A DNA stretch of 58,812 bases, taken from NCBI GenBank assembly GCA_043819795.1, contig JBDREN010000102.1, positions 1 through 58,812 of the forward strand. The letters run 5' to 3'. Of this stretch, positions 54,883 through 58,812 are shown one piece after another; the stretch's first letter is position 1, and every line of letters starts with the position of its first letter. A program made the position numbers and the translations under genes. The stretch comes from Elusimicrobiota bacterium (lineage in GTDB: Bacteria; Elusimicrobiota; Elusimicrobia; UBA1565). Under the pieces are notes generated by a model that was given only the letters and a program-made list of their open reading frames with translations, did no database searches and was not told the origin of the DNA.

Positions 54883-56706
54883 ATGGCCGACGAGGAAAAG
54901 CTGGTCACCAGCTACGACGACGAGGAGAACGCCTGGCTCGCCAACGTGTACCGGGGGGACAAGCTTCCCGAGGTGACGTTGAAGGTCATAGTCGTGGGCG
55001 GGCTCATGAGCGGGCTCATGATCGTATTCAACGTCTACATGGGCCTCAAGACCGGCTGGGGCGAGGGAGGCTCCATCATCGCGGCGATCCTCGGCTTCGC
55101 CATCGTGCGCGCCTTCCGCATGCCCTACTCCCCTCTCGAGAACAACATGACGCAGACCATGGCCTCGGCCGGGGGCTCGATCGGGAACATCGTCAACGTC
55201 ATCCCCGCGCTCTTCCTCCTGGCGGCGAGCGGCGTGATCGCGCAGGAGCCCACTTGGCTCGATATCTTCCTCTGGGTGTTCTTCACCAGTTTCCTGGGAG
55301 TCTTTTTCGCGATCCCGTTGCGCAAGCAGATCATTGTGGTGGAGAAGCTCCGCTTTCCGAGCGGCACCGCCTGCGCCGAGACCATCACGGCCATGCACGC
55401 GTCCGGGGAGGGGGCCATGAAGAAGGCCCAGATGCTCGGCGGCGTCGGGCTGGCGGGCGGGCTCATGACCTGGTTCCGGGACGGCCTGCCGGCCATCGTC
55501 CCGTCCGCGACCTTCCTGCCCGGCGCCATCAAGGGCTGCGCGATGAAGAGCCTCACGCTGGGCTTGTCCTGGAGCCCCATGATGTTCGGCGCGGGATTCC
55601 TCGTAGGGCCGCGGGTCGCGGTGAGCCTCCTCATCGGCGGGATCATCACCTTCGGTCTGCTCGCGCCGTGGCTGTATAACAGCGGGATCCTTCAGGAAGT
55701 GGCCCGGATGATGGGGGAGACAGAGGCCCTGACGGCTCCCAAGTACCCGTACGTGGTCAAATGGACCATGTGGCCCGGCCTGGCCATCATGGTCACCTAC
55801 GGCCTCGCGGCCACGATACTGCGCTGGAAGGTGATCGGGCGGGCCTTCAAATCCATGCTCGGCGCCAAGTACGGCGGCGCGATCGCCCACCTCGAGATCC
55901 CCTTCAAGCTCTGGCTGGGAGGTCTCCTCGCGAGCTCCTTGGGGATCATCCTCATGCTGCGGCTGCGCTTCGACGTCCCGCTCTGGGTCGGCGTCATGGT
56001 GATCCCGCTCTCGTTCATCTTCTCGACGATCGCGGTGCGCGCCACGGGCGAGACCGATATCAATCCGGTGGGCGCCATGGGGGCGGTGACCCAGATATTC
56101 TACGGCACGGTCTATCCCGGAGTCGAGCCCACGCTTCTCACCGGAGGCGTGACCGCGGCCGGCGCCAGCGAGGCGGCCGACATGATGCAGGACCTCAAGA
56201 CCGGCTACCTCCTCGGGGCCACGCCCAAGAAGCAGACCTACATTCAGCTTCTCGGCGTGCTGATTGGCTCGATCATCGCGGTGCCCATCTTCCTGGTCCT
56301 CATCAAGGCCTACGGCATCGGCTCCGAGAAGCTGCCCGCTCCCGCGGCGATCACATGGTCCGGTCTGGCGCAGATGGTGTCGGGAGGGGTCTCGACTTTG
56401 CCCGCGTACGCGTTCACGGCTCTCATCCTCGGCTCCATCATCGGGACGGGCGTCGCGCTGGTCGAGGGGCTGAAGCCCGAATGGCGGTCCTTCATGCCCT
56501 CCGCCGTGGGGTTGGGCGTCGCCATGGTGGTCCCGGCGGTCTATTCGGTCTCCATCTTCCTCGGCGCGGCGGTCTTCATTCTCATCCGCAGCAAGAGCCC
56601 GGAGTGGATCGATAACTACGCCGCCGCCGTCGGGGCCGGCGGGATCGCCGGGGAAGGCCTGATCGGCGTGCTCGCCGCGCTCCTCGTCGTGGCGGGGATC
56701 CTATAA
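54883..56706 (+). CDS. OPT-family oligopeptide transporter
   Basis: YMGLKTG, ENN.TQT, FP.GTA.A, GETD.NP, QDLKTG, PAPAA; many TM segments. Confidence 0.92.
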   Translation: MADEEKLVTSYDDEENAWLANVYRGDKLPEVTLKVIVVGGLMSGLMIVFNVYMGLKTGWGEGGSIIAAILGFAIVRAFRMPYSPLENNMTQTMASAGGSIGNIVNVIPALFLLAASGVIAQEPTWLDIFLWVFFTSFLGVFFAIPLRKQIIVVEKLRFPSGTACAETITAMHASGEGAMKKAQMLGGVGLAGGLMTWFRDGLPAIVPSATFLPGAIKGCAMKSLTLGLSWSPMMFGAGFLVGPRVAVSLLIGGIITFGLLAPWLYNSGILQEVARMMGETEALTAPKYPYVVKWTMWPGLAIMVTYGLAATILRWKVIGRAFKSMLGAKYGGAIAHLEIPFKLWLGGLLASSLGIILMLRLRFDVPLWVGVMVIPLSFIFSTIAVRATGETDINPVGAMGAVTQIFYGTVYPGVEPTLLTGGVTAAGASEAADMMQDLKTGYLLGATPKKQTYIQLLGVLIGSIIAVPIFLVLIKAYGIGSEKLPAPAAITWSGLAQMVSGGVSTLPAYAFTALILGSIIGTGVALVEGLKPEWRSFMPSAVGLGVAMVVPAVYSVSIFLGAAVFILIRSKSPEWIDNYAAAVGAGGIAGEGLIGVLAALLVVAGIL

Positions 56707-56713
56707 GCAAGAA

Positions 56714-56751
56714 GCGCGGCGAGGCATCCCGTCGGGAATCCCTCGCCGCGC
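56714..56751. terminator. Hairpin between convergent OPT and hydA genes (possible bidirectional terminator)
   Basis: GCGCGGCGAGG...CCTCGCCGCGC stem; no clear U tract. Confidence 0.5.
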
Positions 56752-56767
56752 GCGCCGGCCGGGTAGG

Positions 56768-58192
56768 CTAGCAGGTCACGGCCCAGGGCTTGGTCAGCTG
56801 CCTCCAGCCGTAGCCGCTCCTCTTCACGAACTTCCCGCGCCCGGGTCTGCCCGTGAACCCGCCTTTCTCCACGATCACCTCGCCGCGGGAGACCGTGTAT
56901 TCGGGGAAGCCCCAGAGCGTCCGGCCTTGATACGGGGACCAGTCGCAGTTGGTGGAGAGCTTCTTGTAGTCGATCGTCCGGCGCGCCTTGGGATCGATGA
57001 CGGCCAGGTCGGCGTCCGAACCGGGGGCGATCGTCCCCTTCTTCGGGTACATGCCCATCAGCTTGGCGGGGTTCGTCGAGATCAGGGAGACGAAGTGGTT
57101 GAGCGAGAATCTGCCCGCCTTGCAGCCGTGGGTGTAGACGGCCGGCAGCAGGGTCTCGGTGCCGGGCATGCCGAACGGGATCTTCGTGAAGTCTCCCTTC
57201 CACATGGCCTTCTGCTTGGTCGTGAACGTGCACGTGTCGGTGGAGACGATGCTTATCTCGCCGTCCGCCAGACCCTTCCACAGCCGCTCGCTATCGGCCT
57301 TCTTCTTGATCTGGGGGCAGGTCGCGTAGAGGTGCCCGCGCTTCTTGTCCTTGAACACCTTGTCGTCGAGAAGCAGGTACTGGGCGCAGGTCTCGGTGTG
57401 GGCGTTGACGCCCCGGGAGTGGGCGTCCTTGAAGAGCTGCGCGCCTTCGCCGGTCGACAGATGGACCACGTAAAGATGTCCGCCCGTGACCTCGGACCAC
57501 TTGAGGGCCCTCTGCACGGCTTCCGTCTCGATGAAGTTCGGCCTGGAGAGCACGTGGGCCCAGGCCCCGTGCTTGCGTTTGGAGGGCAGGTAGCGCCGGA
57601 TCAGCATGCTCATCACCTTCTCCGACTCCGCGTGCACGCAGATCGTCGCCCCGATGTCCTTGGCGTACTCCAGGGCCTGGAAGAAGTCCCCGTCGTCGGA
57701 CTGCCAGCCCTCCTTCTCGTAGATCATGAACACCTTGTGGCTGGGGACGCCGAAGTCCATGAGCCGCTTGAGCTCGCGGCGGGGGTCCTTGAGCCTCTTG
57801 AACCCGGTGATCCCGGAGTGGAGGGAATAGTCGACGCACACCTTCCCCTCCGCCTCACCCATCCTGGCTTCGACCCCGGCCATCAGGTTGTCGTGGTCGC
57901 CCTGCATGGCGAAGTCTATGACGGTGGTGACGCCCCCGCAGGCCGCGGCGCGGGTGCCCGTCTCGAAGTCGTCCGAGGACACGGTCCCGCAGAACGGGAG
58001 CTGCAGGTGCACGTGGACGTCGATGCCCCCGGGGATCACGGTCTTGCCCTTGGCGTCGATGACCCGGGCTCCCTCCCGGTCCAGGCTTTCTCCAAGGGCG
58101 GCGATCCTCTCCCCCTTGACGCCTATGTCCGCCTTGAACGTCTCCTGAGCGGTGACCACGGTCCCGTTGGCGACGATAAGATCAAATGCCAT
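56768..58192 (-). CDS. hydA: Dihydropyrimidinase (D-hydantoinase)
   Basis: PGGIDVHVH, GGVTT, KVFM, VHAE, VHLS, ETC.QYL, STD, NPAK..G.YPKKG.I.PGSDAD. Confidence 0.9.
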   Translation of the reverse strand: MAFDLIVANGTVVTAQETFKADIGVKGERIAALGESLDREGARVIDAKGKTVIPGGIDVHVHLQLPFCGTVSSDDFETGTRAAACGGVTTVIDFAMQGDHDNLMAGVEARMGEAEGKVCVDYSLHSGITGFKRLKDPRRELKRLMDFGVPSHKVFMIYEKEGWQSDDGDFFQALEYAKDIGATICVHAESEKVMSMLIRRYLPSKRKHGAWAHVLSRPNFIETEAVQRALKWSEVTGGHLYVVHLSTGEGAQLFKDAHSRGVNAHTETCAQYLLLDDKVFKDKKRGHLYATCPQIKKKADSERLWKGLADGEISIVSTDTCTFTTKQKAMWKGDFTKIPFGMPGTETLLPAVYTHGCKAGRFSLNHFVSLISTNPAKLMGMYPKKGTIAPGSDADLAVIDPKARRTIDYKKLSTNCDWSPYQGRTLWGFPEYTVSRGEVIVEKGGFTGRPGRGKFVKRSGYGWRQLTKPWAVTC

Positions 58193-58337
58193 GTCGGATC
58201 CTCCTCGGCGGAATGCTGGAAAGTGGCGCGATCCCGAAGGCGCCGCTGCTCAGGATTGTACCATAGTTGTCAGCGCTGGGTCCCCGATGGGCCCTTGCGA
58301 AAACCGGGCAAATGGGCCATAGTATTTCTGCTAAGCC

Positions 58338-58812
58338 ATGCCCGAACGCACTGTGCTGATCATCGATGACGACCAGGTCCTGGTCGCCGCCATAAAGGAG
58401 GGGCTCGAGACGCTCGGCTTCAAGGTCGCGGCGGCCTACGACGGCCTGCAAGGGGTCTTGCAGGCCCATCAGAGCAAGCCGAGCGCGATCATGCTGGACT
58501 TCAACATGCCGGCGGGCGGCGGGGCCGGCGTCTACGAGCGGCTGCGCGCCTCGACCGATACGGTCCAGATACCGATCATTTTCGTCACGGGCGTGACGGT
58601 CCAAGAGGTCAAGGGGAAGATCCGCTCGACGCCCAACACCTATTTTCTCAGAAAGCCGATCTCGGTGTCCCAGCTGCAGAAGGTCCTCGACAAGATCCTC
58701 GGGCCCCAGGGGGCGGCGCCGGCTTCCGCGCAGGCTCCGCCGCAGCCGAGGGCGGCCCCGCCGACCCCGGGTCTGCCGCCGCAGCCGCGCCCGTTGCCGC
58801 AGCCGCGCTCCG
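58338..58812 (+). CDS. Response regulator with a Pro-rich extension (3' end beyond window)
   Basis: ATG 58338: MPERTVLIIDDD...IMLDFNMPAGGG...IIFVTG...KP; no stop in window. Confidence 0.85.
   Translation, partial: MPERTVLIIDDDQVLVAAIKEGLETLGFKVAAAYDGLQGVLQAHQSKPSAIMLDFNMPAGGGAGVYERLRASTDTVQIPIIFVTGVTVQEVKGKIRSTPNTYFLRKPISVSQLQKVLDKILGPQGAAPASAQAPPQPRAAPPTPGLPPQPRPLPQPRS

Overview
High-GC bacterial chromosomal window, probably Elusimicrobiota (inferred from the style of the pilin-like protein, the exported TPR-TM-Ser/Thr kinase and the low-complexity secreted proteins). The first 12 kb is a minus-strand cluster of secreted or surface adhesin-like proteins: a >1350 aa multi-repeat Kelch/MopE-like protein running off the left edge, a Kelch propeller, a beta-helix protein, a ficolin-like collagen-fibrinogen protein, a signal-peptide protein resembling a phage tail tube, and a LamG-PKD protein. 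Gene remnants are interspersed. Housekeeping and signalling genes follow: mdh, a GAF-GAF-PAS adenylate cyclase, tRNA-Arg(CCG), alaS, an M23-bactofilin-SurA-PfkB-ABC operon, aat, tRNA-Leu(CAA) with an integrase relic, a radical SAM/SPASM protein, a 1490 aa 4xLamG-TSP3 protein, a maltose-type ABC operon, an OPT transporter and dihydropyrimidinase. The most notable unannotated signals are: (1) a conserved promoter plus TGAC-N~45(AT-rich)-GTCAG architecture upstream of three surface-protein genes, suggesting a regulon; (2) a RAYT/Y1 HUH transposase bounded by perfect 26-bp terminal inverted repeats; (3) a 328-bp MITE inserted exactly at the pfkB stop codon with a TAA duplication; (4) an exported tail-tube-like protein; (5) an exported split nucleotidyltransferase-like protein; (6) shared C-terminal KGW-x-K tails. 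No CRISPR array or rRNA was seen.
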